NCBI GenBank assembly: GCA_048887225.1
Contig: JBHLJY010000027.1
Coordinates: forward strand, 1-29,663
Reading direction: 5' to 3'
DNA from: Candidatus Hodarchaeota archaeon
GTDB lineage: Archaea > Asgardarchaeota > Lokiarchaeia > Sigyniarchaeales > SOKP01
DNA: 29,663 nt
Positions 16,827-25,065 of the stretch are shown here, piece by piece. A model generated the notes under the pieces. The model was not told where the DNA came from. It saw only the letters and a list, made by a program, of their open reading frames with translations, and made no database searches. Numbering within the stretch: position 1 is the first letter of the stretch; each line of letters starts with the position of its first letter. A program made the translations under genes and the position numbers.

Positions 16827-18251
16827 TTACTCGCCCCAACCATGTCCTGGATTCATAATCTTATTAGGATCTAAAAGACTCTTGACTTTTTTCATTAATT
16901 CTTTCGTAGTTGGAAGTATTTTCTCTTCATATACATCATGAGCCCATTTAGGTGCTTTATACATTACAACCCCATCTAAAGAAGAGACTTCATCATGAAT
17001 TTCTTTTAGAACTTCTCGAGCTGATTCGATTTCTTTTGGATCATTTTTATTAAAATTAATATTAAAACGCGAAACGCAATAATGACCTCCAAATAAAAGT
17101 CTGCTATAAAACTGAGATATGTGTCCATGCTTTAAAGAAACTTCCTTTGCTAAATCATAATATTTTACGATGTCTCGAATTGAACAATAGCTTCCAATCC
17201 ATTCACCTCCCCCTCCTCTAGATGAATTCCAAGCACCATGTTCTTGTAATGGAAGAAATTCGAGAGGATTCTCAATACCTCCTGGGGGTTCCATGAGGCC
17301 AGCTTCTTTGTATATTGTCTCAATAGCTTCACATTGAGCCTCATGCTGTTTCTTAGTATAGGCTTGTGTTGTGACAAATCCCACAAAATCAGGTAAATTA
17401 GCTTTTACAGGATCTGGCGGAACATTTTTTTCATAAATACCCAAACCTCCAGCTTGAACCCAACCATAACTGAATGTAAATATATCTACTATTCCTAATC
17501 CTGCTTTGGAGAGCTTTAGCAGCACAGGAACACCTATATCGAATGAATTTCCTATTAGAATAAAAAGTTTTTGGAAAGGTAATTTTGGCCATAATTTTAT
17601 AGCAGCTTTAGTTACTATTCCTGTAGATCCCTCCCAACCGATAAATAATCCTGCTAAGTCTGGTAATGGTTGTCTGCCATACCAACAATCGGATAAACTA
17701 CACGAGCCTACCTTAACCAATTCACCCGATCCTAATACTACTTCTAATCCATTAATAAATTCAGCACCTGTACCGCCAAGCATCCCTAAGTTGAACATTC
17801 CGTAGCTTAAGCAAGATGCTACAACACCGGTTCCCGGAGGAGAAAATGTAATACCTGCCATAAGGTTTGGATGATGTTTATCAAGATACCTTTTAAGATC
17901 CGCCCAAGTTGCCCCTCCTTCAATTATTACATACATATCATCTTCATTTACTTCAATTATACGGTTTAATCGTCTTAAATCAACGACAATACCTCCTTTT
18001 AGGGGTGTTGCCGTCGATCCCATATTAATACCAGATACCCAAGGAATAACTGGGATTTGATGCTTATTTGCTAATTTAACTATTTCTTGTACTTCTTCGG
18101 CTGTATTCGGCATAATTACGATATCGCATTTTCCCTCTGGTTCTGCTGTGATAAAATCATAATGGTAGAGATACGTTTCTTCAGGTTGGTCTGATACAAA
18201 CTGTTGTCCAACAATATTTTCTAATTCAGATACAATTTCATTATTATTCAT
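16827..18251 (-). CDS. FAD-linked oxidoreductase, VAO/PCMH/GlcD superfamily
   Basis: 474 aa with an FAD_binding_4 N-terminus (MPNTAEEVQEIVKLA, VDLRRLNRIIEV, GLEVVLGSGE, EGSTGIVTK) and C-terminal LDPNKIMNPG. SD AAGGGTGG. Confidence 0.88.
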   Translation of the reverse strand: MNNNEIVSELENIVGQQFVSDQPEETYLYHYDFITAEPEGKCDIVIMPNTAEEVQEIVKLANKHQIPVIPWVSGINMGSTATPLKGGIVVDLRRLNRIIEVNEDDMYVIIEGGATWADLKRYLDKHHPNLMAGITFSPPGTGVVASCLSYGMFNLGMLGGTGAEFINGLEVVLGSGELVKVGSCSLSDCWYGRQPLPDLAGLFIGWEGSTGIVTKAAIKLWPKLPFQKLFILIGNSFDIGVPVLLKLSKAGLGIVDIFTFSYGWVQAGGLGIYEKNVPPDPVKANLPDFVGFVTTQAYTKKQHEAQCEAIETIYKEAGLMEPPGGIENPLEFLPLQEHGAWNSSRGGGGEWIGSYCSIRDIVKYYDLAKEVSLKHGHISQFYSRLLFGGHYCVSRFNINFNKNDPKEIESAREVLKEIHDEVSSLDGVVMYKAPKWAHDVYEEKILPTTKELMKKVKSLLDPNKIMNPGHGWGE

Positions 18252-18290
18252 TTTAAAACCACCCTTATTTAGAAGAATAAGTTTGTAGTC

Positions 18291-18305
18291 TATATAAAAA
18301 TTTTC
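18291..18305 (-). promoter_or_regulatory. Archaeal BRE/TATA promoter for the flavoprotein-CCG pair
   Basis: The minus strand reads GAAAATTTTTATATA (purine-rich BRE plus TTTATATA) about 40 nt upstream of ATG 18251. Confidence 0.5.
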
Positions 18306-18364
18306 ATGAGTTTACAATTAATCTAACAAGGTACTTGAATATATTTCTAACTTTTAATTAGAAT

Positions 18365-19459
18365 CTAAATGAAAAATTCTAAAAAATTATCAATAACTTC
18401 GACAGTCTGATCTACCCTTCCTGATTTTGGAAAGATTCTATTAAGCAAATGCGTCTCTATTTCCATTACATCAAGACCAATTAATTCACATCTTTTTAAA
18501 TCCATATATTTTTTTATTTCTTTACCTGCATTTAAAATCACGGATTTCTCTATTCCAATTGCGTTTCTAAATCGAGCGGCAATAATTTCTTTTAATCCGC
18601 CAACATCTACATCAAATGAAACGTAGATATAAGGTGTATCGATCAGTTCTAAAGCAGAACTCAACCTTTCAACCATGTGAGTACCATCGTTTTTTGAAAT
18701 AAATTTAACTCCCTTTTTTTCAATGGAATCATAAAAATCAACGTATTCCAAAATCCTTGGATCGTTATTTGAACGAAAATCGTCGTCGGGATAATCTTGG
18801 CAGCCAAAGATTATCAGGTTTTCAGGTGTTATCTTTTCCTCTATTAAATAATATAAAAATGAGGCACATGTATAAGAATCCTTTATATTGAGGTCCTCAT
18901 CGGCTAATGATGCAAGTTCTGGAACTAATGGGTTAACTTGATCTGGATGTTCTATCGTATATTTTGCAATATTAGTAGATATACTTGCCGGTATTCCGTC
19001 GAAATGTGCGTCAAAAACCAGAACAAGGATGTTCTCAGATCCAAATTTATTGGATAATGCGCTTAATACTCCTCCTGTAAGAGAATGATCTACACCAATC
19101 ATTAAAGGAACATCGGGAAATACTTTATCTTTAATAAATTTCTCTAATAAATCTGATTTTTCCCTTACTTTTCCATTGCTCGTGAATTTCTGAAATTCTA
19201 ATTGATTCACATATGGATAGTCTTCAATTGCAGGTTTAGGGGTTATCCAAGATTCGACTGGAAATTTACCAATTTTAAGATACTTTTCTTTTGATAAGAG
19301 AGAAGAATATAAGAGAAATCCATCGTATGGATCCAGAAAATTTGGTTCTGTAATTAGATTTTGAGCTAAGCGACTTAAATATGCATGTTTGGTCTGAATG
19401 CTAAGCGGAAAATCAGTTGCATCTAATGCAGCTCCAAAAATTTTTATCCTTTTTTCCAT
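18365..19459 (-). CDS. Arginase/ureohydrolase-family metallohydrolase, atypical
   Basis: 364 aa with metal-ligand motifs GVDHS, DAHFD, SFDVD and GLDVME. Confidence 0.85.
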   Translation of the reverse strand: MEKRIKIFGAALDATDFPLSIQTKHAYLSRLAQNLITEPNFLDPYDGFLLYSSLLSKEKYLKIGKFPVESWITPKPAIEDYPYVNQLEFQKFTSNGKVREKSDLLEKFIKDKVFPDVPLMIGVDHSLTGGVLSALSNKFGSENILVLVFDAHFDGIPASISTNIAKYTIEHPDQVNPLVPELASLADEDLNIKDSYTCASFLYYLIEEKITPENLIIFGCQDYPDDDFRSNNDPRILEYVDFYDSIEKKGVKFISKNDGTHMVERLSSALELIDTPYIYVSFDVDVGGLKEIIAARFRNAIGIEKSVILNAGKEIKKYMDLKRCELIGLDVMEIETHLLNRIFPKSGRVDQTVEVIDNFLEFFI

Positions 19460-19566
19460 TTTTTACGTATTTGACGGTAAAGGGCTTAATCTCAATAATC
19501 TTTAAAAGGATTTATTATTAATTATTCGAAAAAGCATTTAAAATATTCAATAATCATATTTTAATA

Positions 19567-20595
19567 TTACATTCTAAATGGTAGTTTACACCCTTTTGGA
19601 ATCGTATCTATGTATTTCGCTCTGAACTCCTTGCTTAACATAGGGCATTCTTTATTTACCCAACTTTCGCAGAACATTGAGTGACCCCACATTCTTTCCA
19701 AAATCGTGTTCAGAGGTTCATCCCTGATATTTCCGAAAGTAAGTGGTATAAAACAGCAAGGCATAACATCTCCATAAGGAGAAATATAAAAGTATACATT
19801 ATCTGACATCCCTCTGCATTGACTTGATTTTTGGTTTTGAAAGTAGAAATCTCTACAAACAAATGGGAATTTTGCGATTTTCCTAACTTTCTTCGCTTCT
19901 TCGGCTGTCAGCACTACATCAGTATTATATAACCATCTACCGGCTGGTGTGGGTAATAAATATCTTACACCTGTTGCACCCAAATCTCTTGCCATTTTAA
20001 TTACATTTTCAAATTCACCGTTAGCCAGATTTTCCTTAGTAATATATGTGGATAACTCACAATATAATCCCACATCAAGTGCGTTTTTTATAGCCTGAAC
20101 GGCTTTTTTGAAACATCCTTGCACTCCACGCAATTCATCATGTTTTTCCGGAATTGGGCTATCGATACTAACATAAAGAATATCTAAGCCGTTATCCTTT
20201 AATTGTCTTGCATAATCCTTCGTGATATTTAATCCATTTGTATCACAAAACACATACATTGATCTCTCTGAAGCGTACTTTATTAATTCCATTAAATCTG
20301 ATCTCATAGTTGGTTCACCACCAAAGAAGTTGATTATAAAAGCTTTTGCAGCTTGATCTAATACATCCTTAATCTCTTCCGTTGTAAGTTCTCTAGGAGG
20401 TTCATTTTCGTAATTACCAACACAGCAATGAGGACATTTAAGTTGACAGTTATATGTTATACCGAACATTAAGTAAAATACTTGTCCTCTTTCTTCATTA
20501 AACCACTTAACGAGCTTTTCTTGATCAAAAGATAATGGAACTTTACTTTTTTGCCATGTATCCCTAACACCCGATACTCTTTCCCCATCTGACAT
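19567..20595 (-). CDS. Radical SAM protein with a SPASM/Twitch auxiliary domain
   Basis: CQLKCPHC, GGEP, TNG and VSIDS, with C-terminal C...YISPYGDVMPC...FGNI...C. Confidence 0.92.
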   Translation of the reverse strand: MSDGERVSGVRDTWQKSKVPLSFDQEKLVKWFNEERGQVFYLMFGITYNCQLKCPHCCVGNYENEPPRELTTEEIKDVLDQAAKAFIINFFGGEPTMRSDLMELIKYASERSMYVFCDTNGLNITKDYARQLKDNGLDILYVSIDSPIPEKHDELRGVQGCFKKAVQAIKNALDVGLYCELSTYITKENLANGEFENVIKMARDLGATGVRYLLPTPAGRWLYNTDVVLTAEEAKKVRKIAKFPFVCRDFYFQNQKSSQCRGMSDNVYFYISPYGDVMPCCFIPLTFGNIRDEPLNTILERMWGHSMFCESWVNKECPMLSKEFRAKYIDTIPKGCKLPFRM

Positions 20596-20653
20596 CTTTT
20601 AACATCTCATTTATACAATTTTATTCAAATAATAGACATCTAATAAATTTATA

Positions 20654-20902
20654 TTATTTTTTTTTTATTTTAATACTTATTGCGTTTTTAGGGCACATCT
20701 CGATGCAAAAATTGCAATCTTCCGAGTTTAAACATAATTGGGGGAAAACAGGAACAATTTTCCAATTCTTAGGGTCTTTATAATTTCTTTTATCCGTGAA
20801 AATTAAATTAAAGACTCCTGGTGGACACACTTGCAAGCATTTTCGACAGTTTTCAGGCTGAGGGCATTTCGAATAATCAAAATTAATTTTAACTTTACCC
20901 AT
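20654..20902 (-). CDS. 2x[4Fe-4S]-type ferredoxin with extended Cys spacing
   Basis: 82 aa with CPQPENCRKCLQVCP and CLNSEDCNFCIEMCP. Its start overlaps the upstream stop (TAATG). Confidence 0.85.
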   Translation of the reverse strand: MGKVKINFDYSKCPQPENCRKCLQVCPPGVFNLIFTDKRNYKDPKNWKIVPVFPQLCLNSEDCNFCIEMCPKNAISIKIKKK

Positions 20903-21774
20903 TAATAATCCCCTCTAGTTATTGGAATTTCATTTCTATCAATGAGTTTTATTCCTTTATTTTCACATTGATCCATACAAATGCCACAACCATAACATAA
21001 TTCAGGCTTGATTATTGGCATGTTAATTAATGGTGAAAAACTTAATGCTCCAAATTGACAAAAAGAAGCACATTTTTTACAGCCAATACAGTTATTCGGC
21101 TCTACTACTGCTACATATTCGCCTTTCCAACACGGTTTAACACCAAATCTACTTAAACGGAGTGCTCCACATGAGGTGATATCACATGCACATAATGCAA
21201 TAATAGCAGGAACAGGACCAGTCCATATTGTATGAATGTACCCTTTTTTTGACATATCATCTAAAAAAGCTGCTGCTTGATCTCTATCGAGAAGTTTTAA
21301 ACCATTTTCAGGAATGTATCTAGGTAATTTTGGAAGAACTTCAAGAAGCGGACTAAACGCTAGGCAACTTGCAGACTTCATTCCTCTGTTAAAATATTTG
21401 CATGGACAATATGCTCTTGCCACCACATCTGCCTTTTCTCTAACGATAATTTTTGCTTCTTCAAGTGGAATAACTTGACCAAAATGTCCTTGAGTAGCAT
21501 TTAAATTTAAATGCTTTTTCCGTCCATCTTTTAGGAAACCTCTATTAGCGTACCATTTTATAATTCGCCCTAAAATCGGTGTATTAGCATGCCTGCTCGC
21601 TCCTCTCATATTCAATATCCCAAACACTTTTCTTACATAAGCCCTCTCCCAAGTACCCCAAGTCTCTTCTAAATACTCATATGCATTTGCTTCTTCAGCA
21701 GTTTTTTTCAAGTAGTTTTTAGCGTTAAAATACCATTTTCCAGCAACTCCATGTTTAAGGCACATTTTACACAT
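20902..21774 (-). CDS. 4Fe-4S-binding protein (N-terminal CxxCxxH, central Cys domain, C-terminal 2x[4Fe-4S])
   Basis: MCKMCLKHG...WY, CPCK, GYIH, LCACDITSCG, CIGCKKCASFC and CYGCGICMDQC. Confidence 0.82.
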   Translation of the reverse strand: MCKMCLKHGVAGKWYFNAKNYLKKTAEEANAYEYLEETWGTWERAYVRKVFGILNMRGASRHANTPILGRIIKWYANRGFLKDGRKKHLNLNATQGHFGQVIPLEEAKIIVREKADVVARAYCPCKYFNRGMKSASCLAFSPLLEVLPKLPRYIPENGLKLLDRDQAAAFLDDMSKKGYIHTIWTGPVPAIIALCACDITSCGALRLSRFGVKPCWKGEYVAVVEPNNCIGCKKCASFCQFGALSFSPLINMPIIKPELCYGCGICMDQCENKGIKLIDRNEIPITRGDY

Positions 21775-22031
21775 TAAAAAGGTCTCCTTTTCTAAAAGAA
21801 ATGCATTATATATTCATCCATTAAACATATTTAAAGAGTTTAGTTTATAAACTTTTACTTTTAAATTGGATTTCATATTGAAACAGTGTCCAGAAACTAA
21901 GCAAGTAAGAAGTAAATAAAATTTGTAATAAAACAAGCAATTTTACTGAATTTTACAAAATTGTATGAAACATAGATACTAATTTTTTAAAATTGGGAAG
22001 ATTTTATTAATTTTCATATATAAATCTATAT

Positions 22032-23159
22032 ATGACAGAAATTGATTACTATGAACAAGTAAGGCAAAATTTGGAGTTAGGTCCATTACATGCGCCTAAA
22101 CATAAAAAAATAATTAAATTATTGAAAGTTTTCTGGAATGAGGAAGAAATAAAAGTTCTCTCTCATTTTGGGAAGGTTGGAGATTTTATAAACGCAAAAG
22201 AACTTGCAGAAAAAATGGGTATTCCTAAAATTGAAATCAAAAAAATCTTAGAGAGATCTATAAAGATCGGGACGTTAGCTAAGAAAGGTGCCAGTTATAC
22301 TCTATTACCCTTAATACCGGGTATTTTCGAGAAATATTTTATTGTACGGAAAGATACTGAAGAGAATCAGAAGGAAGCTGCTAAACTATATCGCGATATT
22401 ATGAAGAAATTTATGCCAGCAGGAGCTTATGAAGGTGAACACAGAACATTCCGCCCTTTACTTCCATATGAGGCTAAAGAGAAATTAATTGAAATTAATG
22501 AATCCTTAGATTATGAGTCCCAAGCGCTCTCTTATGAATTAGTAAAAGAGATGATAGATAAAAATGAGCATTTTGCCGTAATCCCTTGTCAATGTAGGTT
22601 AATCGGTGAATTATCTGGGGAACCATGTAAATGTGCACCAGCAGAGATGGGTTGCTTTTTAGTTGGAATTGCTGCCCAAATGGTTCCTACCATGTGCGAT
22701 GGCGCCCGAAGTTTGACTAAAGAAGAGGCTATTCAATTTCTTAAAGATACCGAAAAGGCGGGACTTGTACATAATGCGAGTTTTGGAACTACAGAAGCTG
22801 GTGTATTTATATGTAATTGTTGTAGTTGTCATTGTGGTGCGTTATATCCCGCACGACTAATGCATGTTAAAGGTGCTAGTACTTCCAATTATTCACCAAA
22901 AATTAATATGGAACTCTGTGTTAAATGTGAAACTTGCCTGAGAAAATGCCCAGGTGAAGCAATATACCATAGATTTCCTAAAGAAGCGGATTTGTCTGAT
23001 GAAAAAATGGTTATAAGGGAGGAATTGTGTATTGGATGCGGAGTGTGCGCAGCAAATTGCCCTAAAAACGCAATCAAAATGATAAAAGTCCGGGAAAATG
23101 TTCCCAAAAAAGCTCCTAAATTTGGTGATTATTCAATAGGAGACCTTATAATTTTGTAA
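22032..23159 (+). CDS. 4Fe-4S-binding protein (HTH-like N-terminus, Cys-rich centre, C-terminal 2x[4Fe-4S])
   Basis: AKELAEKMG (HTH-like), CQCR, GLVH, ICNCCSCHCG, CVKCETCLRKCP and CIGCGVCAANCP. Confidence 0.85.
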   Translation: MTEIDYYEQVRQNLELGPLHAPKHKKIIKLLKVFWNEEEIKVLSHFGKVGDFINAKELAEKMGIPKIEIKKILERSIKIGTLAKKGASYTLLPLIPGIFEKYFIVRKDTEENQKEAAKLYRDIMKKFMPAGAYEGEHRTFRPLLPYEAKEKLIEINESLDYESQALSYELVKEMIDKNEHFAVIPCQCRLIGELSGEPCKCAPAEMGCFLVGIAAQMVPTMCDGARSLTKEEAIQFLKDTEKAGLVHNASFGTTEAGVFICNCCSCHCGALYPARLMHVKGASTSNYSPKINMELCVKCETCLRKCPGEAIYHRFPKEADLSDEKMVIREELCIGCGVCAANCPKNAIKMIKVRENVPKKAPKFGDYSIGDLIIL

Positions 23160-23249
23160 ATTTTTTTTATTTTTTATTTCTCTATTTTTCAAAATAGCAT
23201 TTAATTTTTTTATAGGGAATATCTTAAGATCGTAGATATTTAAGAAAAT

Positions 23250-24032
23250 CTACATACTTAGTATTTCTTTTACCAAATTTTTAACGACTTCTAAACTTGG
23301 TGAATCTTCAGGTAAATCTATAATAGGTTTACCTTCTAAATCTTGTTTAATAATAGTTTCATCTTCAGGAATTGTTCCTAAAAGAGGAAAATTCAATTGA
23401 TTTAACTTTTCTAGTATAAGATCTACGTTTCCTTTTACTTTATTTACAACTATGCCCAATTTTTTATAGTTTGTAAATTTCTTAGCGCTATTTCTGATAG
23501 AATTTGCTGTGTCTACACTTCGAAGGGAGATATCAACCACAATTAAAATAACATCCACAGATTCTAATACCAACCTGTTGATTTGTTCAAGTCCTGCCTC
23601 ACAATCTATGAGAACTATATCGAAATCTTTAGAAATCGATTCAATTACTTTTTTCAAAAGTGCGTTTGATGGACAAAAACATCCAGGTCCTTCAGGTTGA
23701 CCAATTGAAAAAAGACAAAAATCCTTGCTTTCTGCCATTGAGTTATAGACTTCAAAATCAATGTTTTTTGCTAATTTTTTTGGAGTTTTTTCCTTTTTTA
23801 AAGTATTTTCTATGAGATCAGTTCTAATTGCTTCGAGACTTTTTTTTGGAACTAATTTCACCATATTAGAGAGATGTGGATGTGCTGGATCAGCATCAAT
23901 TAGTAATAATTTATAATTAAATTGTTGCGAAATAACTTTAGCTAAAAGAGTTGTTATAACAGTCTTGCCAACTCCTCCTTTTCCGACTACTGCTATTGAT
24001 AATGGAGTCTTTTCAAGCACCTTCTCTTTCAT
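23250..24032 (-). CDS. cooC: CO dehydrogenase/ACS nickel-insertion ATPase (CooC/AcsF)
   Basis: GKGGVGKT, IDADP, the GPGCFCP CxC Ni motif, DCEAGLE and VVNKV. Confidence 0.92.
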   Translation of the reverse strand: MKEKVLEKTPLSIAVVGKGGVGKTVITTLLAKVISQQFNYKLLLIDADPAHPHLSNMVKLVPKKSLEAIRTDLIENTLKKEKTPKKLAKNIDFEVYNSMAESKDFCLFSIGQPEGPGCFCPSNALLKKVIESISKDFDIVLIDCEAGLEQINRLVLESVDVILIVVDISLRSVDTANSIRNSAKKFTNYKKLGIVVNKVKGNVDLILEKLNQLNFPLLGTIPEDETIIKQDLEGKPIIDLPEDSPSLEVVKNLVKEILSM

Positions 24033-24798
24033 CTAATCTCTCTCTTTCTATTAATGTTTCTTTTACAATATAACAATCCTCTTTGTAAGGACATATTTCG
24101 CATGCCCAATCGTATTCGCAATCTATCTTTTTTTTCCATTCTTCAATCTTTTTTTTCCATTTTGCGCTAATTTGTTCCCGAATCTCAGAAGTGAGTTTAA
24201 TGAACTCATTTATTATGTTCGGATAAGAATTAATAAATAAAATCTCTATAGATTTTATTAAATTTTCAAATTTTTTTTTATATAAGTATATTATAGCGTT
24301 TCCTAAAAACTCAAAAGAAAATTTCTTTTTTATAACATTGGTGCTAATTCTACACCAGAATCTCCGAGGGATTGTTCTAATTATAAAACCTTCAATTCCA
24401 TTGGATATGAAATTAAATTGCCGCAGATTGTTTTTGTCATTTTCTGAAAGCTTTTTGGCACCAATTAAAATGAACATTCCAAAGTCTATACTAGGTTCTG
24501 AAATCTCGTTTATTTCTTGGCCTATCAATGTGATTTTTCCATCTTTTACAAATTCTAATTCTAATGTTGGATATATTATAGAAAAAGATTGCTTATTTGT
24601 ACCTCCCAGCTCTAATCTCGTCTCTTCTTGAAGTATTATTTCTTTATAATTATCTAACTCAACATTAATATTAAATTTTTTAAAATAATTTAGAGGATTT
24701 CGATTTTGATTATATCTATAATAAGGTATACTCTTTTGATTTTCAGTTTTTTTCCTAATAAAGTCTCTTATGTTATCAACGATTTTTTTATTTTCCAC
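24013..24798 (-). CDS. Stand-alone homolog of an acetyl-CoA synthase (CdhC/AcsB) non-catalytic domain with a C-terminal Cys motif
   Basis: ELGG, KDGKITLIGQEI, NGIEG, FWCRIS and FSFEFLG...LYKKKF...IKSIEILF resemble CdhC (ELGG, DGKVEVIGPDI, NYIEG, WIRIS, KVQVTF). It ends with CEYDWACEICPYKEDC. GTG start. Confidence 0.65.
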   Translation of the reverse strand: MENKKIVDNIRDFIRKKTENQKSIPYYRYNQNRNPLNYFKKFNINVELDNYKEIILQEETRLELGGTNKQSFSIIYPTLELEFVKDGKITLIGQEINEISEPSIDFGMFILIGAKKLSENDKNNLRQFNFISNGIEGFIIRTIPRRFWCRISTNVIKKKFSFEFLGNAIIYLYKKKFENLIKSIEILFINSYPNIINEFIKLTSEIREQISAKWKKKIEEWKKKIDCEYDWACEICPYKEDCYIVKETLIERERLDEREGA

Positions 24799-25005
24799 TA
24801 AATATTATAACCTTTTTTACTTTTTAAAATACCATATATTCTAATATGATTTTAACTCACTTAAATCAAATTAAATTAAAATGACGGTTAAAAGGCCTCA
24901 ATAGTGAATATTACAAAAAAGTGATTATTAAATATTCAAGATGATCATAATATTAGAAAAAAACGATAAATTCGATCAATTTCGACCTTTTTGTAGCTTT
25001 TATCC

Positions 25006-25021
25006 TAATAAAGTTTAAATA
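25006..25021 (+). promoter_or_regulatory. Archaeal BRE/TATA promoter for the giant ORF
   Basis: TAATAAAG-TTTAAATA about 45 nt upstream of ATG 25066. Confidence 0.45.
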
Positions 25022-25065
25022 ATAAACAAGAATTAGATGTAATTATAGCTTAAAAGTAGAACCCT

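Noticed and set aside
5102-20595. Cys-rich microproteins as RiPP precursors for the radical SAM enzyme
   Set aside because: They are more than 13 kb away, have no leader/core organisation, and the paired CxxC pattern fits a metal ribbon better.
583-24631. The many short (60-103 aa) antisense or alternate-frame ORFs in the track (e.g. 583..765, 731..922, 2893..3204, 14137..14403, 17506..17805)
   Set aside because: They lie within or largely overlap well-supported genes and show no motifs; they are shadow ORFs.
24941-25018. 25-aa ORF upstream of the giant gene
   Set aside because: No motif, no clear SD, and it overlaps the putative promoter.
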